64,000 nt of DNA from Lytechinus pictus (taxonomy: Eukaryota), in assembly GCF_037042905.1 (NCBI RefSeq), contig NC_087245.1:13394001-13458000 (forward strand). Reading direction: 5' to 3'. This document shows, piece after piece, positions 11,609 through 25,507 of the stretch (positions are counted from its first letter, which is position 1; each line of letters starts with the position of its first letter). Position numbers and translations under genes: made by a program. The notes under the pieces were generated by a model. It saw only the letters and a list, made by a program, of their open reading frames with translations. It was not told where the DNA came from and ran no database searches.

Positions 11609-13935
11609 CTAATCACTAGTGGCAGGCCATAGATATTCATTCGAGCCAACCCATTGCTATTTTTTTATTTTGATATGGCTGATTGACAAAGTGTATGCAT
11701 ATGATTGTCCATCTAACACTGATTCTATTTTTGGTAATTACTGAACTTTTCCCAAATTGGGAAGAAGTATCACCAATTTTGGACTATATTTTGACTGGCA
11801 GAAGGATTAGGGCTATATTGCTGTTTGAGGTGATGAATCTGCTCCCCCCGACGATGTCTTCAAACACGCCAATTTATTTTTAAAATGAGCCGGTCGAGGG
11901 ACCCTTTTCTGGTCAGATATGGATTGCCAGATATATATCCTATCCACTGGTAGTAAACATTCGACCCCCGAATTTCATCCTTAATTTTTATGAATTTTTT
12001 AAAGTGCCAATTTAACACACGAGTCTTTGGGTAATGAATTAGGCCTGTGATACCTGTAACCTTGACCATATCCTATTACAAGGGGAATTCCCTAGTAGAT
12101 GAAATACCTGCCTAAACTCTTCAGTAGCAGATTGCTTTCACTAGTATACATGTTTCAATCATCAAGAGGTCCAAAAACTGAACTTCATGGCTATATACAA
12201 GGCTGCATAGGGGGTATAACAGGTAACAAATAGTGATAGTAACTCTGTGTTTGTGTACCTAGGCTAGGCTGTGTAGGCTGTGTGTTTGTCTATGCGTTGC
12301 ATGTTGTCGTGTGTTTTCGTATACCGACGAGCGCTAATGTAAATCGTGTATAGCACCCATCACAAGATATAGTACACATTAGATAGGCCTTGCATCAATT
12401 GCACTTGTGAAATTGGTTCATGGGGAAGGGAAGGAGAAGTGAAAACTTTAGAATTTGGCTGAAGAGTGGTGGATTCAAGAGGGAGGGGGGGGGTAGAGAA
12501 AAGCAAAGTTAGTATGTTTGGGGGGGGGGGGCTGAGAATGAGTGCTACTGCTATCTTGTTCAACTTTTACTGACTTCTAGCCAGACTAGCCCCCATCCAT
12601 TTAGAATACAAGCCATCTAACCCCCTCTCTCCCTGTCTCTATCTCTCTCTTACACCCCTTGGGCCCTTGTCATAGGAAGATGTGAATGTATAGTATGCTT
12701 GTATGTTGATTGTCATTTCTTTTTATTGTTATCTAATTTAACTCATGTGAATCTGGTATTTATATTGTGGGCAGATCTTGAATCCAGATATGCACACTAT
12801 TCATATCTACAATTTGCATAATAGGATTTGGGCCCTACATTGCATCCATTGTTGAGCTACGTATAGGCAGTTAGGATGTGTGTAAATCCATAGAGCACTA
12901 GACATTAGGAGTAACATTAAAATTGGTCATTACAAAACACATCTGTATATTTCATGCATTTCTTTGTGATAAAGTGAGTGTACATATGTTAAAGAAAAGC
13001 CAGAAAGGTACATTAAAAAGAAACCTTCATATGCCATACAATACAGGCTGCACGGGCCTAATCACAAGTGGCAGGCCATAGATATTCATTCGAGCCAACC
13101 CATTGCTATTTTTTTTAATTTTGATATGGCTGATTGAGAAAGTGTATGCATATGATTGTCCATCTAACACTGATTCTATTTTTGGTAATTACTGAACTTC
13201 CTTTTCCCAAATTGGGAAGAAGTATCACCAATTTTGGACTATATTTTGACTGGCGGAAGGATTAGGGCTATTTTGCTGTTTGAGGTGATGAGTCTGCTCC
13301 AAACACGCCAATTTATTTTTAAAATGAGCCGGTCGAGGGACCCTTTTCTGGTCAGATATGGATTGCCAGATATATATCCTATCCACTGGTAGTAAACATT
13401 CGACCCCCGAATTTCATCCTTATTTTTTATGAATTTTTTAAAGTGCCAATTTAACACACGAGTCTTTGGGTAATGAATTAGGCCTGTGATACCTGCAGGT
13501 CTCTGCAACATCTCTGAAATCCTGAGACTTTGCAGAGCCATCACGAAGACGTCTCAGCTGTTGGGGGATGGAGTAAGTATCTGTGACGTCTCTGTGACTG
13601 ATGGAGATGTCTCAGAGATGTCACCAAGACATCACAAAAACGGGAAAAGTATTTATTGTTTTTAAGTCTAAAAACTCAACACAATGTGACTCCTCAGAGA
13701 TTAAAGGCTAATCAAGAATAAAATGAAAAGCCCTAATAAACTTCAAAATGTATAACAATAAATTTTCTTGATTCATGGATACTGATGACCAGGGTACAGC
13801 AGGTGGACATGTAAGTTTAGATTTTCTTTTTGCAAGATACACCCACTTCCTGGCTTTCTCACTTTTATAAGCCAAAACACCACAAAATATATATTGTCTT
13901 CAAAATTCATAAATGTGGGTAGGGGAAATTATATG

Positions 13936-14106
13936 GGTTCCATATGACATTTGCTCCAATCGTCCTCAAAAACTAAAAAAAAAAACCTAATCCTGATCCA
14001 CACATTATTCTGAACCAAAATTTTTTTTACAATCCTAACTCTCATCGTATACCCTAAGATATATTAAAACCGGACCAAATGTCACAGGAGCGAATGTTGT
14101 GTCCCC
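13936..14106. mobile_element. Short degenerate MITE
   Basis: Imperfect inverted ends ATGACATTTGCTCC / GGAGCGAATGTTGT around CCTAA-type internal repeats. Confidence 0.45.
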
Positions 14107-15382
14107 ACACTATAGGATTATAGATCTACATGTAGGTTGGGTTGAGACTATCTCAAGCCAATGAAACTGAAGAATCTTGGAATAGACCTATACAATGAGG
14201 CCACAGAAAGCAACTAGATTGACTTGATAACAATTCTGAATATGTTTGCCTCTTCCTCCTATTCCAAACAATTATCAATTTTGAAGAAGAAGAAGAAAAA
14301 AAAACAATTTACAATGGATGCCACGATACAGTAAGTGATGGATAAACCAAAATAAGCCTTTCCAAAATTTAGCTCCTCCACCTTACATAAAATATGAGGA
14401 CTGAGGAGGCAACAGAAGGTATATGGTGATGGACAAAGAAAAAAAAAACAAATCCTTTCTCAGAGTGTTTTCCCCCTTCTATTGTATCCAATACTCATGA
14501 CAGACAAACAGACCCCGGACAGACAGAGAAGCACGTATGTACATGTAAAAAATCTTACATGTGTATGTATGGAATCAGGATATTGATAAATCCATTAGTA
14601 ACAATTTATTTCATATGAGGCAAAAGCATACTCATGACATTATGAACCTTTAAATTTATAATCTCTTATTGCAATTCCACAAATTGATAATCTCATATAT
14701 GTAAATCTTGACATGAAATATGTAGTAATTACTGATGAGGATTTAAACAAAAAGTATGGCATCATATTATATTTTTGGACCCATTAAAAAGGTTGGTTGT
14801 AACACAAACATGTAGTTATTTGTTTCTATTAAATTGCATAATGAGGTAATAAGAAATCTCCTGCCTTTCGGGAACATGAATTTGTTTTCAAATAAATACT
14901 GTTCATGCAAAAGTCATTGTACTCAAATGGGAAGATCCAATTTAGATGGAAGCTTCAAACATCATGCTTTGCGTAATTGCATGGAAGTACGATGTCAGTG
15001 TGGTCAAATGTAATAAACCGGTAAGGAACTCTTTTTAGGAAGATAGCCTTGCTAAAACGGAAAGATCTCACATCATGTATCTTAAAAAAAAAGTGCAAGG
15101 AAGATCAGTTTGAACGTTCCATGGTATATTGGATTACTGTGGTGACGTGGTCTTGCATTCAGACTACTGGCTCAGCTTTTTGCAAAGGCATTTCATGTAA
15201 ACGAAGCTGCACCAAACACAATTTTCATTAATAATAAAAATTCATATTCATAGCACCTTTTCCACAAAATACATGCTTTGATATGCCATCCCTTCTCAGC
15301 ATAGGAGATAAAATCTTTGCAAATTGTTTACAGTATTGTTCTTATGCACATGATCAGGATATTAGAAGAGGTAGGTCTTTAG

Positions 15383-15967
15383 AGGTCAAGTCCACCCCAG
15401 GAAAATGCTGACTTGAATAAATAGAGAAAAATCAAACTAGCATAGTGCTGAAAATTTCATCAAAATCGGATGTAAAATTAGAAAGTTATGACATTTTAAA
15501 GTTTCCCTTATTTTCACATAACAGTGATATGCACAACTAGGTGAGTCAGTCGATGATGTCCATCACTATTTCTTTTGTTTTTATTGTTTGAATTATACAA
15601 TATTTCATTTTTTATAGATTTGACAATAAGGACCAACTTGACTGAACCATATAGTATTAAACAATGCTAATTCCATATGTTCAGGAAGGAATTAATCGTT
15701 GTATCACTTGACAATGAGGGAAAAATTAGAATAATTCATATTTCATATAATAAAATACAAAAGAAATAGTGAGTGGATGATGTCATAGTCTCCTCATTTG
15801 CATACCAGCCAGGATGTGCATATAACTGTTTTGTGAAATTAAGCGAAACTTTAAAATGTCATAACTTTCTTATTTTACATCCGATTTTGATGAAATTTTC
15901 AGTGTTATGCTTGTTGGATTATTCTCTTTTTATTCAAATCAACTTTTTGTTGGGGTGGACTTGTCCT
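15383..15967. mobile_element. Kolobok-type (TTAA-targeting, AGG...CCT) MITE, family A
   Basis: TIR AGGTCAAGTCCACCCC / GGGGTGGACTTGTCCT; flanks TTAG / TTAA; long subterminal inverted similarity; same family at 30628, 61337, 61837. Confidence 0.85.
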
Positions 15968-17689
15968 TTAAGTTTTTATTGAATTGATCAAATATTGGTG
16001 GTGATTTAAGGAGAGGATCATCATTATTCTCATCAATAACACCATTCATAATTTTTCTAATCAGAAATAGAATGATCAGTCCTCATTTGTATCAATCGAA
16101 TTATCTTTCACCACTAGATTATCATCATCAAAAGCTATCCTAATTATTGCAAAAAAAAATTATTGTCATATTTATAATTATTACTTCTAGTTTGCTTGTT
16201 TGTTTGTTTATTTCCCCTATATTTTTTTTAAAATTGTATTTCAATGTTATTTGTTGTTCACTCTTTATGTATGTCTTATATTTATTGTATTTAATTGTAA
16301 TTGTATCACGGTGGTGCCCCACCCACAATTTTTTTAAATGAAAACTTCCAGGGGCTCCCAATCCCATGTTTTTATCTAATTTGTATATACCTGTATCTTT
16401 ATGATTGATTGATTGATTGAAATAAATTTTGAATTGAATTAAATTGAATTGAGCAAGACAACATGGGGAAACATTTTATGCAATAACTTTTTCTCAAATT
16501 TATTATAATAAAAATAATAAACCTTAAGTTTAAAAAGTCAATATTTCTTGGCTTTTATTATTGGCCTCCACATGTGAAATAAATAGTAGTACCTTTTCTC
16601 CTGCAGAGATTTCCAAAAATATACTGAAATTCAACCTGAAATCATAAGTGAAATGTGGACCACAAAATATTCCAGGCAAATTATCAGTTTCAGATCAATA
16701 CTTGTTTTTTTGCTTTCAGTCTGAGTGATTAATATAGCTCCTCCTGCTTCAAGCATGAGAGAATGAATTACTTACATTTAGTAACAATTTGTCACAATTT
16801 ATTTTTTATCAGTATTTTTGTCTAAATTAAACTTCTTTTTAGTTTTATGCAATTTATTATATTTTTCTTCAATTTACATGAAAACATAAAATTTTTAAAG
16901 ATTTTTTCCTTCTGCATAATAACAATCAATATAACTCACCGTAATCAAATCAATACAGACTGGGGAAAAAAGAGTGATGCGGGGGCTACGCTAGAACATA
17001 GTGGGAGTGGTGGAAATGAAAACCCACTTCCTGAATAAATCTAATTGCCTTGAAGAAAGCCTATGATTGAGGTGATGCTGGAAGGCCCAAATAATGTCAC
17101 TTTCCTCCTCTCACACCAATATGTCTCTATCAATCAAGCTCAACTGATATCTGCTTCCAGATGTCCTGAACATCTAGCTTTGTTGATACATCCAAGCAGA
17201 AGCCGCGCTGCTTGCAGTAGCAGCTATTGGCTCGCCTGTGCCTGCGAATATAGCAAAGTCACTATCATGTGTCCCAATGTAACGCTGCAAGATTCCCAAT
17301 GCATCATCCTGTTATATCAATCCCCAAGTCTTAAGTGTAGAGAGAGTTCAAAAGCCTTGATAATGTTATCCCCATGAGACCAGTATGTCAATGACATACG
17401 TGTATGCATTTGCCCAGCATCAATTGATTCTTCCTTTCTTGAAAGATACAGGCTTTGCGATTGACTTGAACCATGTAAAACCGATTCCTCTCATACATCA
17501 TTAAAAATTGAAAAAATTTCAATAATTTTTCCCCCTTGGCCTTGCTAAAATCATTGATTGCATACATTAAGTCATATTATGTACTGTCCATGTAGGTAGA
17601 GATCATTTGAAAAGAGACAAGAACTTGGTTACAAGGCCTTAATGTGTCCTGTTTGAAAAATCAATTGTTTACATGAATATTACATAAAC

Positions 17690-17940
17690 ACCATATGGAT
17701 CAAAGGATAAGTCCTCTGACTGTAAACCACCAGGTCTGAGGTTCAATTCATTACACAACACTTCTGAAGTTCTGACCTTTGGTAAAATGCATAACTACAC
17801 TGTACATTTGTCACTAGTATCTATCCAGGTATATGCGAGCTAACAGTACTCAGTATAGGATGAGAACATAAAGTGTGTAGCAATCTGAATGACTTGACCG
17901 CTCGTTACTTAAAAAGTACCCAGGGAGTGGAGACTCCACA
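17690..17940 (+). mobile_element. Degraded tRNA-derived SINE
   Basis: Head with CTGACTGTAAACC...GAGGTTCAATTC (B-box-like) followed by CCTTTGGTAAAATGCAT...TCTATCCAGGT; similar degraded bodies near 23050-23170 and 27140-27290. Confidence 0.4.
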
Positions 17941-20900
17941 TACATGTACATGTATATTGTACTAGGGAAAGTCGGAATCATATGACCTCAGTGATAATGT
18001 AGGCCTATCTGTAAAGTTCTTCCAGACATTTTTCAATTATTAAATTATAGCTCAATACAAAATGTGAATTGTTATCATCATGACTACAAAAACATAGAAA
18101 AAAGGGAAGGAGGTTGATGATACAAGTAACAACCAAGGAACACTGAAGTTGCTTATCATATCTAGTAGATGACATGAATGTTCAAACCTAATCCACATCA
18201 TGTTCTCAGACAGCTAGTCGACTCATCCCTTGGGAGCATGAATTTTAATACTGATAGTGACTTACAGTTATGACAGATACCTGCACATCAAGTTTATACA
18301 GTTCATCTTCATGTCATTCTGGAAATTTCTCTGAAAACTTCAAGGTGAGATCGGCATGGCACATGATACCCTGCTAGAGAGTCTGCATACTATAAACTAG
18401 GCATTGTTAGTGTAGCGGCCGCAAGACTTTGAGCACATGTGAAAAAACAGATCACTTTCAAGAGGGAAAGGCGAGAAAGGCACGGTCTGAGACACCATAG
18501 GGGGGTCTCAAACACCTCCAGGTATCCAATCAGTTACCTCTGTCCCCGTCAACCGCTCTTCTTGTTTCTTTATTTCAATTTCAACCGCTCTTTATTTTTC
18601 TTGCAGGATGGAAGGAGGAGGGGTGTCTTTAAAACAGTCACATGGGTCTAAGATATGAATCAATGCATTCCTAAGATCTGAAGAATAACATTTCGATTTG
18701 ACTTGAAAGGCACGTTTTCAATTTTTCTGTGAGGTATACGGTCACCACAAGAGTTATCTGAAAAAGAAGTATAGCCTCCCAGTCTCCATCCTGACTGTTT
18801 TCTTTTTCCAATACAACCCTGTCAAGTCATTGGTGCCATATCACTAATCCTATTCTGCACCTCCTAATTTATTGATTGTTCTGACAATTTTTCTTAAATA
18901 ATCTGGACTGTGTGCATTATCATACCAAAACAAATAGAGAAAATTAAACAATCAATGATTAGGCCTCCATATAAACACCCAATGAATCTGCATAGGCCTA
19001 GGACTTCAAGAATTTCTGTTAACACAGAAAAAAATTGTCCATATTTTGTTGCACTTACGATGAGAATTGTCTTTTGAAGATAGTACAAGGGACCTTTCAC
19101 TGGGGGTTGTCTAGTTCTAGAAGTTCTGGAAAGCCTATAAAACTAGTCTTATCTCGCCGCTTCAAAGGGATAACTTCGCTTCTACCTCAAGCCACAAGAT
19201 AGTCAAGGGACCGTAGCAACAGAACACGCCCTCCCCCAGTGGCCCCTGGCACCATCTCATGCACACACAAAAACTGTGTCAATTGCCACTTGGTCTAACC
19301 CCATTTCATCCAATACCATGTGGTCTACACCCAGTTCACTTTATAGTTCATTTTTTCTTCTCTTAATTATCATCCTCTTTGTACTTTTTCACACATTTAA
19401 CTCTAAATATTCCATTTATAGTAATACAGAAAAGAACTTTGATAGTTTGCTAACTTGTCACTACTAAGATAAGACAACAGACTGTCTTCCCAATTAATCA
19501 TATTTTGCATTTTACATGTACATTATCAATTAACTTGTCTCGTTTTCATGGCTACTGTAAATAAAAATCATGTACCATCTGATTTCGGCGAAATAGCTTG
19601 CCCAATATGGTTTTATTGTTCCGATTTCACACACACATACATGATTAGCAACAGGTGTAGCTATCAAACAGATCCATATCACAATGATTTGGAGTGTGGT
19701 AATCAGGCTCCTTATAGATTATATTTTGAGATATTAACTTGGCAGACTCACAGTTTGCTTTTTCTCATGTCTCTTGGCATATAAAGTTTGAGGAACTTTG
19801 ACGTGATGTTGACATAATTTCCCTTTGATAAGTAGGGTCAGATCTTATTTTGGTGTTGTCTTACAAACTAAAATGCCTTTAGCCTTGGCTAATCACTTCT
19901 CATTCATGACTAACTCATAAAGAGTTGTCAGTAAAAGTTCACTGTTTCCTCAAAATCTGTTTTTCCCCTTATACTTTCCTTACACTTTTAAGGAAGTTAC
20001 AATCATGTCATGTTTTCAATATCATAATTGTTAGCAGAGTTCAAGTAATCTGGATTTCTGATAAGATTAAACCCACACCTCGTCTAAATGTTATTTATAA
20101 ATATCATGGCTTTTGCAGATACATGTACACTGATATTGGGTATTTTAATATCGTAAGTCTGGGCACCTAGAATTAGACTTAAAATCTGAAATAACAATTT
20201 AAGTTTCTACACTACAAACGCTTCAAAACATTGTTTGGCATATGGTATAAGGGCCAATTATATCATAATAATTCTATTTGGCAACCTTACAATTTACTTA
20301 CTGAGGAGATCACGGTTCTACAAGTTCTTGAGATGGGCTTCTCTGTCAGTGGCCCATGGCTTTCTCTCAGAGCAATCAGCCATGACCACCCGACACTAGC
20401 AGAAGCCTGTGCCTGTGAGTCAGCTTTTAACTAGCCCCATTACAGCAGCGCTCCACCAACTTGTCAACGAATGCACCAAGAAACATGATTCACGGAGAGA
20501 ACGGGATAAAAATAAATTCATTTCCAGACAGTTCGTTTTGCCTCTCTCTTGAAGCAGTTTGGAATCTTTCTTGAGTAAAGTTCTCACCTTGACCTACTAT
20601 AGGGAAAGCTTGTGGAAGACTTCTCACATTGCATCCACATACAAATATGAGGATTAGACTGAGAGTGTCTGAAGCACTCTGATTTATGGTCTGAAATATG
20701 ATGAAATGACAGATTATGAAAGGAAACAGCAAACAAGCATCCTGCAATATATCACTACCAATTATAGATTGCCATGACAACAGCAAATTACCTTGATTCA
20801 TAAAGCCCCCCCCCCTCTCTCTCTCTCTCCCTCTCTCCACATTAGCCTCCATGTAGTATACCAATTAGTACTTAATTCACAAATTACAAAAAAATATTAA

Positions 20901-23900
20901 AGCTGTAAGGTGCCTATGACATTTGGCCAAGTATATGTGTCCTATATATAAGAAAATAAGAATGTAAAAGAAAATTTGGGAGTTTTCTTCTATATGACAC
21001 TGTGTATATCAACATGCCTCCTGCACTCAAATAGAAAAGACATTCCCCCTTTTCACTTAAAACTTTTATCCAACTATCTACAGCCTGTCTCGATCAATCT
21101 CAAGTACAAAATCCATTTGTTGAAACCCAAGTAGTCTTTTGGCAATTTGAATGGACTGCATGTCCGTTAGGAACAGAATATGCTTGTTCTTGTGGAGTTG
21201 ATTAGACAACTAAATCCAAATGACAGAAATGTATCACCAATTCTACTCATCGCTTCCAGCCCTTCTGAGATTCACTGACCTATATTTATTTATTTGACAA
21301 GGAAGGGAATGAACCTACATAATAAAGACCTAAATATCAGCAGGAAATGTGCCACAATTTCTGGTACACATCAACAGCCTCATTTCTACAGTGACGCTGG
21401 CGAAGAGGCACGACTGCCTTCGGAAGGCAGTCAACGGATTGGGTTCAGCTCGGTTGAACAATGGGCGCAAGGAGGCAAGTTTGGGGTTCATTTTGTGGTC
21501 ACTGCTGACAATACTCTCCATTGGCCATGTGGAGGGCATAGAGCTGGAACTCCGTAATAGGGTCCATACCAAATGGGATGGAGAAGCCGTGAGTAACCAT
21601 CAACACACTTGTTGCGGACTCTAGTGTATTAACATGGTATTAATGAAACTCCCAGACTAAAACTGGATGACTGAAATCACAATATCAAATTACACAGTAT
21701 TAAATTAAGAGCTAAATAAAGGAGCCTATAGTACAAATGCATTCAGAAGCCTTTGAACCAAATGTCTACCGTCTATATTTCTAACAAGGTGGTTCATAAT
21801 CAAACTTATTTGTTATCATTTAATTCAACTTGAATAGTATTTTAATTTTTAAAGACTTCTTTTATCATAATCTCATTACTGAATAGCAGGCAAAAAATTA
21901 TCTTTTTTTAATTTTTGAGGGCTGCTGTTCAAAGACTACTGCATAAATCTGCAAGATTTGATTTAATTTTTAAGCTTCAACATTGCAGTCAATGGGGATT
22001 TCGAGGGCTATTTTGAACATTTCAGGGGCGAAATCACCAAGCTCCAGTGTCTTTTTTCCCTGCTGAAAAAATATATAGATCTTACATAGATCTAGTCCAC
22101 AATATGTCCACAATAACCTTGAGTTCAGTATATAAGGTAATGATCACCTGGTAATGATAGAACAGAACAGCATTAAAATTAGTTCCTCCACAAAAAATAT
22201 AAAATTGTTCCAAGATATTGTATCAAATTTTATTAGCAAATGGGCCTACAATTCCATTTACAAAACATTTTCGAGGGGAAAAAATAACGAGGGAATGATT
22301 AATTCAAAACACTCATTTTTTTAATTTAAAGAAAAACTTATAGCTAAATATCATCAAATGCCACCGAAGAAGCACAGGATTCAACTAAATACACACATGT
22401 GAGTCACAACGCATGAATGCATTATCTCATCAAATCAAAGTCAGAGAGCAGGAATTGAAATAATACCTTATCTTTCCCATTCAGATTCAGGAAGAGGAAA
22501 ATAGTAGGGGATGCGGTCGAGGAGAATACTCTTATGAGAGGGGCATGACATTGCAAAAACTTGAATATGTGGAATTGTGTGTGGGCATGTTTCACCAGCG
22601 AAATGTGCAAGAATATAGAACAACAAAAAAAGCAAAAAATAGACTATAAAGTAGAAACATGTAGCCTCAACCCACACACACACACACACATACTCATGTT
22701 GCCATAGCTACACTCAGACGAGAAACAGCTTCACCAGAAAAATCACAAATGAAATGGAAATTTTCATTGACATCTGTTATCAAGAACGGAATTCCTTGCG
22801 ACTGGCTGGGCTGAGAACAAATTTGTAAGTGAAAATCACTGCAAAATTGAAACTAAAACTACGGACGGACAACCATGTTCCTATTTTGTGCCTTGCCCAC
22901 TAATAATTAATTATACATCAACAAGCACCTTCTCCAGATTCTATTGAGACATTGATGAAGCAAAGTATCATTCATGCCATATACAGAATTAATGGATGGA
23001 TGTCCATTTCATTCACCCCTCCCCTCCCACAAGGGGTATCCCAGCAAAGGCATGTTTTCCTTCAGCAAGAAATTTATTCACTTTGTGTTACACTAAACCC
23101 AGGTGAGGAGAATACCCGGCAGGATTAAATTCCTTGAACGCATCAAGCACTGGAAACAGCTGCTGCAGCTTAAGAGGGATAATTTTTTCATAATTTATGT
23201 ATTAGCTTTTTTTTAAAAACACATTCAGGAAAGAAAAAATTGTGCATATTTAGCCATATACTGTATACATACATGTACATGTACATGCAGATCTGTGTGT
23301 AGCGCAGTTTTGAGGATTTTCGAGTAAGACCAAATGGGATTTGACAAAGTGGCCTATCTAATATTCATGATTACAGAATAAAACAAACAGACCAACTAAA
23401 AGCAAAATAAAGAGTCTAGCAAATAAGCAATTATCCTCATGATATGATTAGTGCATTACAAAATGTCACCATGTGGGCAAACAGCTAGATCATAAACTTG
23501 ATCAATTATACTTGCAAAAGCAGTTTAACCCAGATATCTGATATTCCTAAGTGTGAACTGACTGTCTGGTAGTTTATCATGCCAAAGTGGGTGGAATGAT
23601 GGGTAGTATGAGGAAGAAAAAACCTGTGAAACAAACCTCAATACATTTCCATCAATTCCCTTTCTTTACATTTGACATTTCAAAAGGGCAGCAAAGAAAA
23701 GGCTGAACACATAAAAAAAAAACGTTTGCCAGAACCGCTGGCCAGAGGAGGTTACTTTCTTCAGTGTATTTTCCACTTGCATTCAAGATGCAGTGCATTC
23801 TATATCAAAGGTTAACACAACAAAATCTAGGTCCAGCTGTAATCACTATTTAAATCCAAAGTTTCCTAACAACTCTTGTGCCTCTTTCTTTATATTTACC

Positions 23901-24949
23901 ATAAAAAAAAAACTGTCCTCAAAACTATTGTACAAAAGTGAATTTAACTCCTTCCCTGTACCTTGGAGGTTATCATAGAATTGCTTTTTTAGTTACATAC
24001 ATGTATTGTTTATCAGCATACATGTAATAAGCGTTGAACCTCCCATACAACACTTCATATTTAAAATTCTTTCAGTGAATGATTGGTCTGAACCGGGTAT
24101 AGGTGTGGACCTGGTCCGCACAAAGTCACAAAATTTGAATAATGGCAATGCCAAAATCCATGCAGTCCAGATTATTTTATTGTTGTTTTCAGGAACACCA
24201 GGCGTACACCACAGAATAACGAAACTAGCACTAGCAGCACCAAGTCCAAGCAAAATTCCTTGAACAATCAAATGTAAATTGTTGAGCAGTACAAACAAAG
24301 CTTCAAATAAATTGGGCCTGATCCATGCATGTGTTACCATGACAGTTACCCTCTTTCAGACTGATTAATTTTAAGTGTCCTCACGACTGAAATGTGGTAA
24401 GCTATGAATTACTAACTGCAAATTATACTTCTCGGTGCACAATAATCACATGTTTACACGCTACCCCAGCTCTAACCCATGAGGCTAGTCTGACTTGCCT
24501 TTTTTTCTGCATGCAAAACCTGAATACCTTGCTCTGCGAACCAGAGTTGACTCGTCTTTTTTGCTCCGCAAAAAATAGTAAATCGAATTCATTAATGTGA
24601 GCTGCGTGAGTGATGATAGATTGACTGTTATAAATAATATTTCCAAAATGTTGCCCAAAAAATAGATGAAACAGATAAGCTACCTGCTTTACCTCCAGTT
24701 CAATTTCGATTTGTGGGCGCACGTAATTTGGCTCTCAGAGCATTGTGGGTTTTGGAGATATTTTATCCACTGATCTGTGTTTCTGTTCAGCAAGCCGAGT
24801 CTGATCCTCGAGATGGGGCAGTGTGTAAACGCGACGCTGGATATTCCGAATCCGCAGGCCGAGTCTGCTCCACAAGGCAGGTCTGCCCTGCGAGCTGGTG
24901 AAGCATCACGTAAACGCGTTAAGTGATGCATGGCCAAATGTGGAATAAT

Positions 24950-25507
24950 CCCGGGGGGCCACTTACATTGATGAGTAGATACCATGCGCGACCAAAAAAA
25001 CACGTAAAAAGGATGTCTTTTTCAAGATAGAGTATTTTACGTACGTAACGTAATAAGGGTGTCAAAAACACTAAAATATTGAAATAGGGGTATCTATTTT
25101 GCTAGGAAAGCTACGTGTTTAGGGTCAGATTTGCGAGGGTATAAAAAAGACTAAAATGTTTTATACAGGATATACTTTTTGCCCCGTCAACACTACATGT
25201 TGAGTCCGATTTGCGCGAGGTGTGGGAGGTTGGGCCATATACCCAATGATGTAGTAAAGGTAAAACCGACGACCGACGTCCGTGACATAACTAAAATATC
25301 GCTGTACTTGTTTAGGGGTTCAATTCAGGGAATACTTGCCAAGGGTATCGTTTTGTTCCCAATACTTGTAAAGGGGAGAGTTTCACATGCCAATACTTAA
25401 TAAGGGGTGCATTTTCACTATATACAGAAAATACGTGTTTAGGGTGCTTTTCGAGACCCCATGGTCGCGCATGGTATCCACCCGTCAATGGAGGTGGCTC
25501 CCCCGGG
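24950..25507. mobile_element. CCCGGG-ended MITE with ~45-bp TIR
   Basis: CCCGGGGGGCCACTTACATTGATGAGTAGATACCATGCGCGACCA vs TGGTCGCGCATGGTATCCACCCGTCAATGGAGGTGGCTCCCCCGGG; degenerate 8-9-bp TSD GGAATAAT / GTAATAAT. Confidence 0.8.

Larger units (their letters stand above)
9963..13493. mobile_element. Element bounded by 448-bp long terminal direct repeats, each with short imperfect TIRs
   Basis: Repeat 1 = 9963-12054 (split by an insertion at 9978-11608), repeat 2 = 13046-13493. Both start GGCTGCACGGGCCTA and end ATTAGGCCTGTGATACC. Outer flanks are both TGCA (9959-9962, 13494-13497); inner flanks are TGTA and TACA. Confidence 0.75.

Noticed and set aside
9963..13493. LTR retrotransposon or TRIM
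   Set aside because: Direct repeats lack TG...CA termini, and no primer-binding site, polypurine tract or gag/pol remnant was seen; the TIR-bounded units point to a DNA element.
17063..17480. Moderately GC-rich stretch with a 104-aa ORF
   Set aside because: No domain recognised and no consistent splice boundaries.
19047..19221. Possible solo LTR (TGTTGC...GCAACA, internal TATAAAA)
   Set aside because: No matching TSD on the flanks and only one copy visible.
21294..21670. Exon-like segment with three overlapping ORFs and a minus-strand acceptor near 21671
   Set aside because: Splicing from 27717 hits a stop after about 10 codons and no frame gives a recognisable protein; may be non-coding.
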